Shown here in pieces: positions 63,591 to 64,000 of a stretch of DNA of 64,000 bases. Location of the stretch: the NCBI GenBank assembly GCA_030248215.1, contig JASANG010000727.1:1-64000 (forward strand), given 5' to 3'. The notes under the pieces were generated by a model. That model searched no databases. It saw only the letters and a program-made list of their open reading frames with translations, and was not told where the DNA came from. Positions within the stretch are counted from its first letter, which is position 1; every line of letters starts with the position of its first letter. The translations under genes and the position numbers were made by a program. Source of the stretch: Enoplolaimus lenunculus. Taxonomy: Eukaryota.

Positions 63591-64000
63591 CTTTAAAGTA
63601 ATCAACTTCGACAAGAAATACACCAAGTGCAGTCAATCTTTGGTTGTATCCTGCCGTCATGATTGGCTCAAAATATTTTACGCCTGTTTCATTAATAAAG
63701 TTTTCATTATTCCCGGTTCCTTTACAGAAACGACCGGGCTATTGTTGTCCAAGCACCAGGCAGTCAAAATCCAAATAAATTTTCAAACTAAGCAAAATTC
63801 ATTAATATACTTTTGACACTTCAAGAATATTTTATTTTAAAAAAATCTGTATAAAATATTAAATATTACATAAAATACCAATCATTTCAAACTGCTTAAA
63901 GCATCACGTACGCTCAAACTGAATAAAACAATCGGCCTATGTATAGAACGGCCCAATTGGCCCATGTATGGAATAGGGCCGGATCGCTTTCCGGAGGGGC

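Overview
Repeat-dense eukaryotic DNA, most likely nematode, inferred from TTAGGC telomeric-type repeats and TTTCAG/TTTTAG splice acceptors. Two spliced genes can be rebuilt by hand. One is a 4-exon, 194-aa cyclophilin (+, 16549-19844) in which most canonical PPIase active-site residues are replaced. The other is a 4-exon, 558-aa SLC22/OCT-type MFS transporter (-, 23310-29484) with a probable GC-AG intron and a 44-bp satellite grown out of one of its splice acceptors. An unassigned acidic Ser/Thr-rich ORF lies at 46708-47543 (-). A Mag-like Ty3/gypsy LTR retrotransposon (~34.7-39.1 kb) is followed by a noisy, truncated second copy and a re-start of its left flank; this block is probably partly an assembly or read artefact. 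The rest is dominated by non-autonomous DNA transposons. The most striking group, about 30 copies in three subfamilies, has GGCC(A/C)ATGT termini, 8-bp target-site duplications and internal telomeric (TTAGGC)n tracts. A 4.1-kb tandem duplication (53.7-61.9 kb) has its breakpoints inside two such tracts. All calls were made by eye without database searches, and repeat coordinates are approximate to a few bp.
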